Positions 1 through 9,577 of a stretch of 64,000 bases of DNA are shown here, piece by piece. Location of the stretch: NCBI GenBank assembly GCA_040776905.1, contig JAXGZQ010000001.1, positions 1,564,400 through 1,628,399 of the forward strand. Direction: 5' to 3'. Under the pieces are notes generated by a model that did no database searches, was not told where the DNA came from, and saw nothing but the letters and a program-made list of their open reading frames with translations. The stretch is from Clostridia bacterium. Its GTDB lineage: Bacteria; Bacillota; Clostridia; Saccharofermentanales; UBA5734. The position numbers and the translations under genes were made by a program. Position 1 is the stretch's first letter; every line of letters begins with the position of its first letter.

Positions 1-1188
1 GCTGTTAAATTCGATCATCAGCTCGCGGCTGATGGTTCGCAGCGTGGAGGGAAATGAACTGATCTCAGCGCTGATCTCCATTTCTGTACCGGCGTCCCAT
101 CCCATGTTCTGATATCCCTGCAGCTGCATATTCTCCAGACTTCCGCCGACCGAGATCAGGCAGTAGCGGTGTGGATGCTGTCTGTCCCAGTCGCCTTGCG
201 GCAGGGAAAACCCCTGGGCCTCGTGGCCGTCAGAATCAATTCGCATGCCGTGGAACCCATAGGAAAAAACGAGGGTCTGCGGATCTTTTTGATAACTGAC
301 CGCCAGACTTGGATTGGCTCCTCCGCCGGACAGGATTCGCGCATCCGTCACTTCGTAGACGGTGACAGCTGGATCAAACATCTCTTTTTCAGCAAAAGTG
401 TCAGACTGATACTGTCCATCTGCCAGCAGCTGCTGATACCCCGGCCAACTGTCAATTTCCCGGAGATTGAGATCGAGGGCCTGATCAGCCGGCCGGTCAG
501 CGCCCCAGGCGTCTTCAAAATCACCGCTGTAGGCACCGGCCGTGATGTCGGGGGTGATCAGCTGATCATTGATCTTGACCGTCGGACTGTTTTCAATCAG
601 CTCATGCAGTGAAGACGCGAACGGGTAGGCAACGGTCAGTACAAGATCGGAGGCCGTCTGATTGTGCAAGGTGTAATCATCCGTGACCCGTGCCTTTGTC
701 GCGTAATGGGACTCCGTCCGCGTTTCCGTTCCGTCTTTGATTTCGACCACGGTTGTCGTGGTCTGGTCCTCATAGGGACTGAAATCAAAGGTGACCGTGC
801 GATCAGCGATCAGACCGTCGACCGGCTGGAGCAGGCTCAGCGGCAGAATCGGTCCGTCATAAAACATGAATGAGGGGTAGGCGTCAGCGACCGGATCTTC
901 AGCATCCACAGGGACCTGCAGGACCGCCCCGCCATATCCGCCTCCCTGTGCACCGCCGATCGGAAATCCGAAATGCAGCACACCGGTCAGACCGACCGCC
1001 GCGATCAGGCAAATGCCGGCAGCGATGACTGCTGGACGGCGCCAGCCGCGGAATCGTTGTTTTACCTTTTTTTTCGTCTGTCGATCCAGTGCGGGCCGTT
1101 CGGAGCCTTCCAGTTGAGGATGGTCATAGGCAGCGATCAGATCATCATCGATCTGACCGATCGCCTGCAGCAGTTGACGTTGATTCAT
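1..1188 (-). CDS. membrane-anchored partner of the sigma factor (putative anti-sigma factor); its C-terminal part lies outside the window
   Basis: Hand translation of the minus strand from ATG at 1188 (MNQRQLLQAIGQIDDDLIAAYDHP...KKKVKQRFRGWRRPAVIAAGICLIAAVGLTGVLHF...) stays open to base 1. It is absent from the ORF track because there is no stop in the window. ATGA start/stop overlap with the sigma gene. One TM helix follows a ~45-aa cytoplasmic segment. Confidence 0.6.
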   Translation of the reverse strand, partial: MNQRQLLQAIGQIDDDLIAAYDHPQLEGSERPALDRQTKKKVKQRFRGWRRPAVIAAGICLIAAVGLTGVLHFGFPIGGAQGGGYGGAVLQVPVDAEDPVADAYPSFMFYDGPILPLSLLQPVDGLIADRTVTFDFSPYEDQTTTTVVEIKDGTETRTESHYATKARVTDDYTLHNQTASDLVLTVAYPFASSLHELIENSPTVKINDQLITPDITAGAYSGDFEDAWGADRPADQALDLNLREIDSWPGYQQLLADGQYQSDTFAEKEMFDPAVTVYEVTDARILSGGGANPSLAVSYQKDPQTLVFSYGFHGMRIDSDGHEAQGFSLPQGDWDRQHPHRYCLISVGGSLENMQLQGYQNMGWDAGTEMEISAEISSFPSTLRTISRELMIEFNS

Positions 1189-1766
1189 ATCTCAAACCCT
1201 CTTTCATTCAAATGGCGCATCAGCCTTTGCCTGGTGCGGTGCAGCAGAACCGAGACACGGGATTTCGCAAGACCGGTTTGTGCCGCGATTTCATCAATGC
1301 TGGCGAAATAGTAATAGCGTCCGATAAAAACATGGCGGGATGCTGGTTTTTCACCGCGCAGGAATGAACTGATTTCGACCGCGATTTCTTTGGTGATCGC
1401 GGCGTCATCCGGTGCCGGCGCGACGGATCCGCTGACAGGATTTTCACTGAGATAACTGGCCAGCTCCTCGAGTGCGACGGTTGCCTGGCCGCCGCCGCGC
1501 TTCTGTGCCTGCCGGACTTCGAGGCGGTTCAATGACAGATTGCGGGTAATCCGGCCCAGCCAGATGGAAAGTCGGTTCGGCCGGGTCGGCGGGATGGCCT
1601 GCCAGGCCTGCAGCCAGGTATCGTTGACACATTCATCCGCGTCTTCAGGGCTGCCGAGGATGCGCCGGGCGATCGCGTGGCAGTATGGACCATATTGCTG
1701 TTCAGTCAGCCGGATGGCGTCCTGATTCCGGTCCCAGTAGAGCTGAATGATATCCTGGTCGTTCAT
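1185..1766 (-). CDS. sigma-70 family (ECF-like) RNA polymerase sigma factor
   Basis: 193 aa. Region-2-like DADECVNDTWLQAW and a region-4 HTH (SIDEIAAQTGLAKSRVSVLLHRTRQRL). AGGAAAGG SD upstream. Confidence 0.85.
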   Translation of the reverse strand: MNDQDIIQLYWDRNQDAIRLTEQQYGPYCHAIARRILGSPEDADECVNDTWLQAWQAIPPTRPNRLSIWLGRITRNLSLNRLEVRQAQKRGGGQATVALEELASYLSENPVSGSVAPAPDDAAITKEIAVEISSFLRGEKPASRHVFIGRYYYFASIDEIAAQTGLAKSRVSVLLHRTRQRLMRHLNERGFEI

Positions 1767-2022
1767 CGTGCTGCCTTTCCTGTTGTGACCGGTTCAACTG
1801 TTCGCCCGTACGCAGCGGCCAGCAGTCGGTCGTCTGGGGTCGTCTGATACTATAGACCGGATCCGGATCAGGATATTTCACTTTCCGGAGAATATTCATG
1901 TTTATTATAGCGCATCGATGACAGGATCCCTGCGTCCCATATCAGGTCCGCTTGGCCGGCCGATGAGGTTGCAACATGGTTTTCGACTGGAAAAAGCAAT
2001 ACCCTTGTTCTAAGATGGAGAT

Positions 2023-2040
2023 AGACTGCCGCGGCAGTCT
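2023..2040. promoter_or_regulatory. perfect 18-bp palindrome AGACTGCCGCGGCAGTCT, candidate operator upstream of dgoD
   Basis: Read directly. It lies 35-52 bp upstream of the dgoD ATG. No loop is possible, so a protein-binding site is more likely than an RNA hairpin. Confidence 0.3.
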
Positions 2041-2074
2041 CAACAGACGAAAGAAGGCAACAGGGAGGCAGACT

Positions 2075-3193
2075 ATGAAGATCACGAAACTGGAAAGTAT
2101 CTTTGTCAAACCGCGCTGGCATTTTCTCAAAGTGTACACAGATGAAGGGATCGTCGGGTATGGCGAACCGATTGTGGAAGGCAAGGCGCGGACGGTGGCA
2201 GCGGCGATCCAGGAGATGAGCGGCTACCTGATCGGGCAGGATCCGCGGCGGATCGAGCATCACTGGCAGGTACTGTACCGCGGCTCATTCTACCGGGGCG
2301 GCCCGGTCCTGACGAGCGCGATCAGCGGGATCGAACAAGCGCTGTGGGACATCAAGGGCAAATGGCTGGGCGTTCCGGTTTATGAGCTGCTGGGCGGTGC
2401 GGTACGAGACCGGATCCGGGTGTACGCGCATGCGCATGGCAGTACGACCGAGGAGTTTGTCGCGTCGGCGAAAGCCAAAGTCGCCGAGGGCTTTACGGCG
2501 ATCAAGACCGGCTTTGACGGACCGGTCCGGATCGTGGATACGCCGGCGTTTCTCGATGCCTGTGAGGAGAAAATCGCGACGGTGCGCGCGGCGCTGCCGC
2601 GGCATGTCGATATCGCGGTTGACCTGCACGGGCGGTTCAGTCCGGCGATGGCGATCCGGGTGGCCAAGCAGCTGGAACCGTATCAGTTGATGTTCATCGA
2701 AGAGCCGTGTCTGCCGGAGAATGTGGATACGATGGTGACGATCGCCCGCTCAACGAGCACGCCGATCGCGACCGGGGAACGCCTGTTTACAAAATGGGGG
2801 TTCCGCGAAGTACTGGAAAAACAGGCGGCCTCCGTGCTGCAGCCGGATATCTGCCACTGCGGCGGAATCATGGAAGCCAAGAAGATCGCGGCGATGGCCG
2901 AGGTCTATTACGCGGCGGTGGCGCCGCATAACCCGCTGGGGCCGATTTCGCTGGCAGCCGGGCTGCAGGTGGACGCGTGCATCCCCAACTTCCTGTGCCA
3001 GGAACAGGTCTCCCTCGGTGAAGGCTATATCAAGGAACCGTTCAAGGTGGTGGACGGCTATATCGAACTGCCGAAAAAACCGGGACTGGGCATTGAGCTG
3101 GATGAAGAGGCCCTGCGCGACAAGGCGGATGATGGCAGCTGGGAGTCCCCGCTGTGGTTCCATAAAGACGACGGATCCTTCGGTGAATGGTGA
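2075..3193 (+). CDS. dgoD: D-galactonate dehydratase (enolase superfamily)
   Basis: From MKITKLESIFVKPRWHFLKVYTDEGIVGYGEPIVEGKARTV to ...SPLWFHKDDGSFGEW it is near-collinear with E. coli DgoD as I recall it. GGGAGG SD 6 nt before ATG 2075; the ORF-track start at 1976 is rejected. Confidence 0.9.
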   Translation: MKITKLESIFVKPRWHFLKVYTDEGIVGYGEPIVEGKARTVAAAIQEMSGYLIGQDPRRIEHHWQVLYRGSFYRGGPVLTSAISGIEQALWDIKGKWLGVPVYELLGGAVRDRIRVYAHAHGSTTEEFVASAKAKVAEGFTAIKTGFDGPVRIVDTPAFLDACEEKIATVRAALPRHVDIAVDLHGRFSPAMAIRVAKQLEPYQLMFIEEPCLPENVDTMVTIARSTSTPIATGERLFTKWGFREVLEKQAASVLQPDICHCGGIMEAKKIAAMAEVYYAAVAPHNPLGPISLAAGLQVDACIPNFLCQEQVSLGEGYIKEPFKVVDGYIELPKKPGLGIELDEEALRDKADDGSWESPLWFHKDDGSFGEW

Positions 3194-3217
3194 CCGTTGG
3201 AAAGAGAAGGTGAGCGA

Positions 3218-3985
3218 ATGAGTCAGAAGAAAGCTCTGGTGACAGGCGGCGGCAAGGGAATCGGGCGCGGGATCGCGCTGACGCTGGCCAAAGCCGGATA
3301 TGATATCGCGGTCCATTACGGGACCAGCCGGGCCGGCGCCGAGGATATGGCGCAGCAGATCCGTGAACTGGGCCGGGAGGCGATCACGCTGCAGGCGGAT
3401 GTCAAGGATGTGGCGGCGATCCGCCGCATGTTCAGTGAATACCGTGAGCAGTTCGGCACGATCGATGTACTGGTCAACAACGCGGGGATCACGCGGCTGG
3501 TACCATTTCTGGAAGTGGATGAGGACTTGTGGGAAGAAGTGATGCGGACGGATCTGCGCGGCTCGTTTTTCTGCGCGCAGGAAGCGGCACGGCTGATGGT
3601 GGAGAGTGAAACGAAAGGTGTGATCATCCAGATCTCCTCTAACCACTCGCAGGGCTGCTGGCCGAACGCGACGATCTACGGCCCGGCCAAGGCCGGGGTC
3701 GACAAGCTGGTGCGCAATATGGCGCTCGATCTGGCACCGCACGGCATCCGTGTGGTCGGGATCGCGCCGGGGTATACCCGGCTGGAATGGATTCCGGAGA
3801 GTGCCAATGAACGGATCGCGCAGACCGCGGGTAAAATTCCGCTGCAGCGGTTCGCCCAGCCGGCGGAGATCGGCGAGGCGGCGGTATTCCTGACCTCGGA
3901 AGCCGCCGGCTACATCACCGGAACGACCCTGTTCATGGACGGCGGCGCCCTCCTGCCGGTCGTTCCCGATAATCACTATACCTGA
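3218..3985 (+). CDS. SDR family oxidoreductase (FabG/KduD-like)
   Basis: TGGGKGIG Rossmann motif, NNAG, and YGPAK catalytic Tyr/Lys. 24 bp after dgoD, so probably the same operon. Confidence 0.85.
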   Translation: MSQKKALVTGGGKGIGRGIALTLAKAGYDIAVHYGTSRAGAEDMAQQIRELGREAITLQADVKDVAAIRRMFSEYREQFGTIDVLVNNAGITRLVPFLEVDEDLWEEVMRTDLRGSFFCAQEAARLMVESETKGVIIQISSNHSQGCWPNATIYGPAKAGVDKLVRNMALDLAPHGIRVVGIAPGYTRLEWIPESANERIAQTAGKIPLQRFAQPAEIGEAAVFLTSEAAGYITGTTLFMDGGALLPVVPDNHYT

Positions 3986-4011
3986 CATCATCACCGGATC
4001 GGCTGATGACA

Positions 4012-4048
4012 AGAAAAGACCGGCGTTTTCGTGAAACGCCGGTCTTCT
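4012..4048. terminator. bidirectional intrinsic terminator between the SDR (+) and adhE (-)
   Basis: Perfect 13-bp stem AAGACCGGCGTTT / AAACGCCGGTCTT with loop TCGTG. A-run on the left gives a U-tract for the minus-strand transcript. Confidence 0.75.
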
Positions 4049-4135
4049 GGTATGATGCGGGAACAGCCGAAAGGCAGTGGCTGTCCCGAAGGTATAACCG
4101 GCGTCAGCGCTGTCTGATGACGCCGATATCAAGGC

Positions 4136-6736
4136 CTAATAGATCGCCCGGTAGATCCCTTCCAGTTCTCTGATCAGCGGATAACGCGGATTGGTTCCGG
4201 TGCACTGATCCTCAAACGCTTTTTCAGCCAGCCGGGGAATCGCGTCGAGATACGGCTTTTCCGCGATTCCCAGTTCACGGATCTGTGATGGAATATGGAT
4301 CTGTTCCATCAGGGCCCGCACCGCGCTGATCAGCGACTGACAGCCCTGTTCCGCCGTTTCAGAAGGCAGCCCGAGATAGGAAGCGATTTCAGCATAGCGT
4401 CGGTCGGCGATAAACGTTTCATATTTAGGGAAGGACACGAACTTGGTTGGTTTCTGACTGTTATAGGCAATCACATGCGGCAGCAGGATCGCGTTGGCAC
4501 GGCCATGCGAGATGTGGTATTCGCCGCCGAGCTTATGTGCCAGTGAATGATTGATGCCGAGAAACGCGTTCGAGAAGGCCATGCCGGCCATACAACTGGC
4601 GTTATGCATTTTCTCACGGGCTGTCCGGTTCTGTCCGTCCTGCCAGGCGGTCGGCAGCCACTGGAAGACGAGGCGAATCGCATGCAGGGCAAGAGCGTCC
4701 GTGTAATCCGAAGCGAATGTCGAGACATAGGCCTCAATCGCATGGGTCAACACATCCATGCCGGTGTCCGCGGTAATTGACGGCGGCACCGTCATGACAA
4801 ACTGTGGATCGAGAATCGCCACATCCGGTGTCAGTTCATAATCCGCCAACGGATATTTTGTCTGAGTCGCCGGATCGGTGATGACCGAAAAAGAAGTCAC
4901 CTCAGAGCCGGTCCCGCTGGTGGTTGGAATCGCGACCAGGCGTGCTTTCTGGCCCAGTCGGGGGAATTTGATGATTTTTTTGCGTATATCCATGAATTTC
5001 ATCGACAGTTCACGGAAATCGAGTTCCGGGTGTTCATAGAACAGCCACATGCCTTTGGCGGCATCAATCGCCGAACCGCCACCGAGCGCGATGATCACAT
5101 CAGGCTGGAATCTGGCGATCTCAGCCGCACCGCGCTGGATGGTCTCAATGGATGGATCAACCTCGATATCGGAAAAAATCTCGCTGTGTACGGGCTGCTC
5201 ACGTTTGCGCAGATAGTAAAGGACTTTTTTGACATAACCGAGTTTGATCATCGCTGGATCGGTCACAATAAACGCGCGGCTGATGTCCGGCATATTCTCC
5301 AGATACTGAGTGGCATGGTTCTCAAAATAGATTTTTTCCGGAATCTTGAACCACTGCATGTTGACACGCCTCCTGGCCACACGTTTTTTATTGACGAGAT
5401 TGACCGCCGACACGTTCGCTGTGGTGGAGTTGCGGCCGTAGGATCCGCAGCCAAGGGTCAAAGACGGCATATTGGTGTTGTAGATGTCGCCGATCGCGCC
5501 ATGTGACGACGGCGAGTTGATGATCAGCCGTGATGCTTTGAGCCGGCTGGAAAAGCTATCGATCACCGCTTCGTCTTCGGCATGGATCACCGCTGAATGG
5601 CCGAGACCGCCGAACGCGATCAGCTCTTCCGCGCGCCGGATACCATCCTCCGAACTGTCACAGACATAATAGGCAAGTACCGGACTGAGTTTTTCAATTG
5701 ACAGTGGAGCCTGCGGTCCGACGGAAGCCAGCGGAACCAGCAGAATCTTGGTGTCATCCGGAACATCAAGGCCGGCCAGACGGGCGATGGCGGCTGCGGA
5801 TTGGCCGACGACGGCTGGATTGACCGCCAGCTGCCCCGGCTTGATCATGATCGTCTCCAATTGGCTGACCTGGTTTTCATCAAGAAAGATGCAGCCGTGA
5901 TCACGCATGAAACGCTCAAAATTGTCCTGGACGGCCCGGTCGACAATGACGGCCTGCTCGGATGCGCAGATCATCCCGTTATCAAAGGTTTTTGACAACA
6001 TCAGATCCGTCGCTGCCCGCTCGACATTGGCTGAGGCGTGGATATAGCAGGGGACATTGCCTGGTCCGACTCCCAGTGCCGGTTTTCCGGTTGAATAGGC
6101 TGCCTGGACCATGCTGCTGCCACCGGTCGCCAGGACCATGGCGACATCCGGGTGATTCATCAGATCGCGGGTCGCCTGGATGGACGGATTTTCAATCCAC
6201 TGGACGCAGTGCTTTGGAGCGCCGGCCCTGAGCGCGGCCTGGTAGAGGATCTCCGCGGCCCGCCGGCTGCATTGCTGCGCTGATGGATGAAAGGCGAAAA
6301 TGATCGGATTTCGGGTCTTGATCGCGATCAGGATTTTGAACATGACGGTGGAGGTGGGGTTCGTCACAGGCGTCACAGCCGCGATGATACCGACCGGTTC
6401 AGCGACTTCTTCATAATCCTCATAATCGTTTTCGTTGATCACACCGACCGTCCGGTCATGCTCAATGCTGTGCCAGATATACTCTGTCGCAAAGATATTT
6501 TTGGTGACTTTATCTTCAAAAATGCCCCTTCCGGTTTCCTCAACCGCCAGCCGCGCCAGCGTCATGTGCTCAGCCTGCCCCGCGCTGGACATGGTTTTGA
6601 CGATCCGGTCAATGCCATCCTGGTCAAAATCCATCATGGCAGTCAGCGCTTCCTGAGCCTGCGCGACGAGCCGGTTGATATCAATATCGTCGATACGTTG
6701 TTTTTCTTTTGCCATTCTTTGCACCATCGCTTTCAT
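4136..6736 (-). CDS. adhE: bifunctional acetaldehyde-CoA/alcohol dehydrogenase
   Basis: 866 aa. N-terminal aldehyde dehydrogenase domain fused to a C-terminal iron-type ADH domain (GGGSAIDAAK, histidine-rich metal site). Exact start codon uncertain; no clear SD. Confidence 0.95.
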   Translation of the reverse strand: MKAMVQRMAKEKQRIDDIDINRLVAQAQEALTAMMDFDQDGIDRIVKTMSSAGQAEHMTLARLAVEETGRGIFEDKVTKNIFATEYIWHSIEHDRTVGVINENDYEDYEEVAEPVGIIAAVTPVTNPTSTVMFKILIAIKTRNPIIFAFHPSAQQCSRRAAEILYQAALRAGAPKHCVQWIENPSIQATRDLMNHPDVAMVLATGGSSMVQAAYSTGKPALGVGPGNVPCYIHASANVERAATDLMLSKTFDNGMICASEQAVIVDRAVQDNFERFMRDHGCIFLDENQVSQLETIMIKPGQLAVNPAVVGQSAAAIARLAGLDVPDDTKILLVPLASVGPQAPLSIEKLSPVLAYYVCDSSEDGIRRAEELIAFGGLGHSAVIHAEDEAVIDSFSSRLKASRLIINSPSSHGAIGDIYNTNMPSLTLGCGSYGRNSTTANVSAVNLVNKKRVARRRVNMQWFKIPEKIYFENHATQYLENMPDISRAFIVTDPAMIKLGYVKKVLYYLRKREQPVHSEIFSDIEVDPSIETIQRGAAEIARFQPDVIIALGGGSAIDAAKGMWLFYEHPELDFRELSMKFMDIRKKIIKFPRLGQKARLVAIPTTSGTGSEVTSFSVITDPATQTKYPLADYELTPDVAILDPQFVMTVPPSITADTGMDVLTHAIEAYVSTFASDYTDALALHAIRLVFQWLPTAWQDGQNRTAREKMHNASCMAGMAFSNAFLGINHSLAHKLGGEYHISHGRANAILLPHVIAYNSQKPTKFVSFPKYETFIADRRYAEIASYLGLPSETAEQGCQSLISAVRALMEQIHIPSQIRELGIAEKPYLDAIPRLAEKAFEDQCTGTNPRYPLIRELEGIYRAIY

Positions 6737-6743
6737 GATGTAT

Positions 6744-6843
6744 CATATGAATGTTACCGGGTTTTATTTTAACACCATATGAAAGCATATGAAAGATAAT
6801 GATAGAAATATTGGCATATATACAGAAATACGAAAACATATGA
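6744..6843. repeat. CATATGA(AAG) repeats in the AT-rich adhE/deoR-family divergent intergenic region
   Basis: CATATGA at 6744-6750 and 6837-6843. Tandem CATATGAAAG x2 at 6776-6785 and 6786-6795. Confidence 0.35.
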
Positions 6844-6886
6844 CGGTATTATTAAGCGGACTGCACAGAAAACGAGGAACTGAATT

Positions 6887-7705
6887 GTGAACATTATTGA
6901 AAGACGACGGCGTATCATCGATATACTCGAGAAAGAACGGCAGGTTTCCACCCAGCGGCTGGAAGAATTGATACCGGTTTCCGGTGCGACGATCCGCAGC
7001 GATCTGCGGGAATTGGAACAGGAAGGTGTCATCGAACGGTTTCATGGCGGCGCGATGCTGGTTGAACAGTCAAAGCCTGATCACAGCTATATCAGTTTCA
7101 CCAGACGCAGTCTGCTCATGGGCGGCGAGAAGGACGCGATCGGCCGTGAGGCGGCCAAACTCGTGCGACAGGGACAGTCGATCATGCTCGATGCCAGTTC
7201 GACGGCGCTGGCGATGGTGCCTTACCTGGCAGGTATCCAGGACCTGACGATCATTACCAACGGCATTCACACCGCCATGGCAGTACAGAAACAGCAGGAT
7301 ATGCATACGATCATGATCGGCGGGGTGCTGCGGCCGCATTCAGGATCCGTGGAAGGACTGCTCGGCGAGGATCTGCTGAGCCGTCTCGGCGCTGATACGA
7401 TTTTCCTCTCCGCCAACGGCCTGAGCTTTGAACACGGTCTGTCCGGTTTCAATATCCATGAACTGGCGCTGAAGCAGCGGATGATCAGCCAGGCCCACCG
7501 CCTGATCGCGCTGGTCGACCACAGCAAGCTGGGGATCAGCTCGTCAGCCAGCTATGCCAGATTTGAGCAAATTGATACGCTGATAACCGATGACGGTGCC
7601 GACGAATCGTTTATCGCCCGGGCCCGTGCGCTCGGCTGCAAAGTCATTGTCGCGCGGCGCAGCCCCGGTTCTTCAGCCGGCGCGGCCATGAATCTGATAG
7701 AATAA
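6887..7705 (+). CDS. DeoR/GlpR family transcriptional regulator
   Basis: N-terminal HTH (RRRRIIDILEKERQVSTQRLEELIPVSGATIRSDLRELEQEGVI) plus a DeoR C-terminal sensor domain. GTG start. Confidence 0.85.
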   Translation: MNIIERRRRIIDILEKERQVSTQRLEELIPVSGATIRSDLRELEQEGVIERFHGGAMLVEQSKPDHSYISFTRRSLLMGGEKDAIGREAAKLVRQGQSIMLDASSTALAMVPYLAGIQDLTIITNGIHTAMAVQKQQDMHTIMIGGVLRPHSGSVEGLLGEDLLSRLGADTIFLSANGLSFEHGLSGFNIHELALKQRMISQAHRLIALVDHSKLGISSSASYARFEQIDTLITDDGADESFIARARALGCKVIVARRSPGSSAGAAMNLIE

Positions 7706-7753
7706 GAACCGGGCCATGCACCGGCATGGCCTGAACAAGAAATGAGGTGCCCC

Positions 7754-9568
7754 ATGAGCCAAGTACTGCCCCTGAGAAGTGAAGTCCCTGAATCGTTAAC
7801 CTGGAACCTGAAGGATCTTTTTTCTGACGAGGCCGCGTTCGAAGCGGGTCTGGCGAAAGTCAGCGAGCAGACCGATGAACTGGTGGCCGGCTTCGCTGGC
7901 AAAATCGCCAGCCTGCAGGAAGCCGCGGACATCATGCGGCTGATTCACGCCTATGAGAAGCTGCTGATCAGCATCGACCGGATCGGCAATTATGCTTATC
8001 TGTCATTTTCCGTCGATATGACCGATGATCTTCGGGTCAGCCGGCTGCAGAAAACGGAAGCGTTAATCGCACAGATCGCCAGTCAGATCAGCTTTGTCGA
8101 CAGTGACTTGATGGATGTCAATCCTGATGTCATGAAAAGCGCAGCTGAATCGGAGCCGGCCTATCAGGTCTTCTTTGAAGGAATTGAACGGCGCAGGCGG
8201 CATCGTCTGCATCCGGAAACGGAAAAGGTACTCGCCGCGTTATCACCGGCGCTTGAACTGCCCCATACGGTCTATGAGCAGGCCAAGCACGCGGATATGG
8301 CGTTTCCTGATTTCCAGGCCGGCGGCAAGACATGGCCGCTCAGTTTTGTTTCCTTTGAGAATGACTACAATCTCGACGCATCGGCAGAGATACGCCGTGA
8401 AGCGTTCAAAGCCTTCTCCGCGACGCTGCGGCACTATCAGAATACGGTCGCGGCATTATACAACGGTGAAGTCCAGAAACAGAAAATCATGGCCGGACTG
8501 CGCGGCTTTGATTCTGTCTTCGACTATCTGCTCGATGACCAGAAGGTGGACCGCAGCCTGTTCGACCGCCAGATTGACCTGATCCTGCAGGAACTGGCTC
8601 CGCATATGCGCCGCTATGCCCGCCTGCTCGCCAAAACACACGGTTTGGACCGGGTGACCTTTGCGGATTTGAAAATCGCGCTAGACGCCGGTTATGATCC
8701 CAAAGTGACGGTTGAAGAATCAAAACGATACATTTCCAGCGGGCTGCGGGTCCTCGGCCAGGATTATCATGATCTGGTCATGCAAGCCTATGATCAGCGC
8801 TGGGTCGACTTCGCCAGCAATAAAGGTAAATCGACCGGTGGATTCTGCTCGTCTCCGTATCAGCTGCATGGCTACATTCTCCTGTCATGGACAGGACGGC
8901 TGAGCGAAGTCTTCACGCTGGCCCACGAACTGGGACACGCGGCTCATTTCGCCCTGAACCAGCAGCATCAGCCTTATCTGGCAACCGAGCCGTCCCTCTA
9001 TCTGGTAGAAGCCCCGTCGACCTGCAATGAGATGCTGCTCAGCCAGGATCTGCTCAGCCAGAATGACGATCCCCGCTTCCAACGCTGGGTGCTGGCCTCG
9101 ATGATCCAGAACACCTATTTCCATAACTTCGTCACCCATCTGCTGGAAGCGGCTTATCAGCGCGAAGTTTATCAGCTGGCCGACCAGGGTGAGTTCCTGA
9201 CCGCGACGGTGCTCAATAAAATTAAACGTGATGTCCTGGAAAAATTCTGGGGTGACGCGGTTGAGATCACTGAAGGAGCGGAGTTGACCTGGATGCGCCA
9301 GCCCCATTATTACATGGGACTGTATTCCTACACCTACAGCGCGGGCCTGACCATCGCGACAGCCGCCAGCCAGCGGATCCGGCGTGAAGGAGAACCGGCG
9401 GTCGAGGACTGGCTGACCGCGCTCAGGGCCGGCGGTTCCGTCAGTCCGGTCGAATTCGCCAGATTGGCCGGCATCGATATCAACACCGATCAACCGCTGC
9501 GCGACACCATTGCCTATATCGGCTCGATCATCGATCAGCTGGAAACTTTGAGTGAAACGCTGGCCTGA
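7754..9568 (+). CDS. pepF: oligoendopeptidase F (M3B metallopeptidase)
   Basis: HELGHAAH zinc motif, typical N-terminus LPLRSEVPESLTWNLKDLF, ~600 aa. GAGGTG SD favours ATG 7754 over 7742. Confidence 0.9.
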   Translation: MSQVLPLRSEVPESLTWNLKDLFSDEAAFEAGLAKVSEQTDELVAGFAGKIASLQEAADIMRLIHAYEKLLISIDRIGNYAYLSFSVDMTDDLRVSRLQKTEALIAQIASQISFVDSDLMDVNPDVMKSAAESEPAYQVFFEGIERRRRHRLHPETEKVLAALSPALELPHTVYEQAKHADMAFPDFQAGGKTWPLSFVSFENDYNLDASAEIRREAFKAFSATLRHYQNTVAALYNGEVQKQKIMAGLRGFDSVFDYLLDDQKVDRSLFDRQIDLILQELAPHMRRYARLLAKTHGLDRVTFADLKIALDAGYDPKVTVEESKRYISSGLRVLGQDYHDLVMQAYDQRWVDFASNKGKSTGGFCSSPYQLHGYILLSWTGRLSEVFTLAHELGHAAHFALNQQHQPYLATEPSLYLVEAPSTCNEMLLSQDLLSQNDDPRFQRWVLASMIQNTYFHNFVTHLLEAAYQREVYQLADQGEFLTATVLNKIKRDVLEKFWGDAVEITEGAELTWMRQPHYYMGLYSYTYSAGLTIATAASQRIRREGEPAVEDWLTALRAGGSVSPVEFARLAGIDINTDQPLRDTIAYIGSIIDQLETLSETLA

Positions 9569-9577
9569 CAGGCGATG

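Noticed and set aside
1976-2074. N-terminally extended starts offered by the ORF track (dgoD 1976; likewise 3197, 11017, 29208, 29879, 31094, 36363, 41367, 43500, 55562)
   Set aside because: In each case an internal ATG is preceded by a GGAGG-type SD at 5-10 nt. The family-typical N-terminus also begins there.
2750-4132. 460-aa minus-strand ORF spanning the 3' end of dgoD and the whole SDR gene
   Set aside because: It is antisense to two genes with strong family signatures and SD sites. The translation is Arg/Pro/Gly-rich low-information sequence, typical of GC-rich antisense frames. It has no SD.
6752-6774. Inverted repeat TGTTA-N13-TAACA upstream of adhE as a Rex operator
   Set aside because: Rex boxes as I know them are about 18-bp palindromes with a short central spacer. 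A 13-nt spacer and 5-bp arms do not fit.
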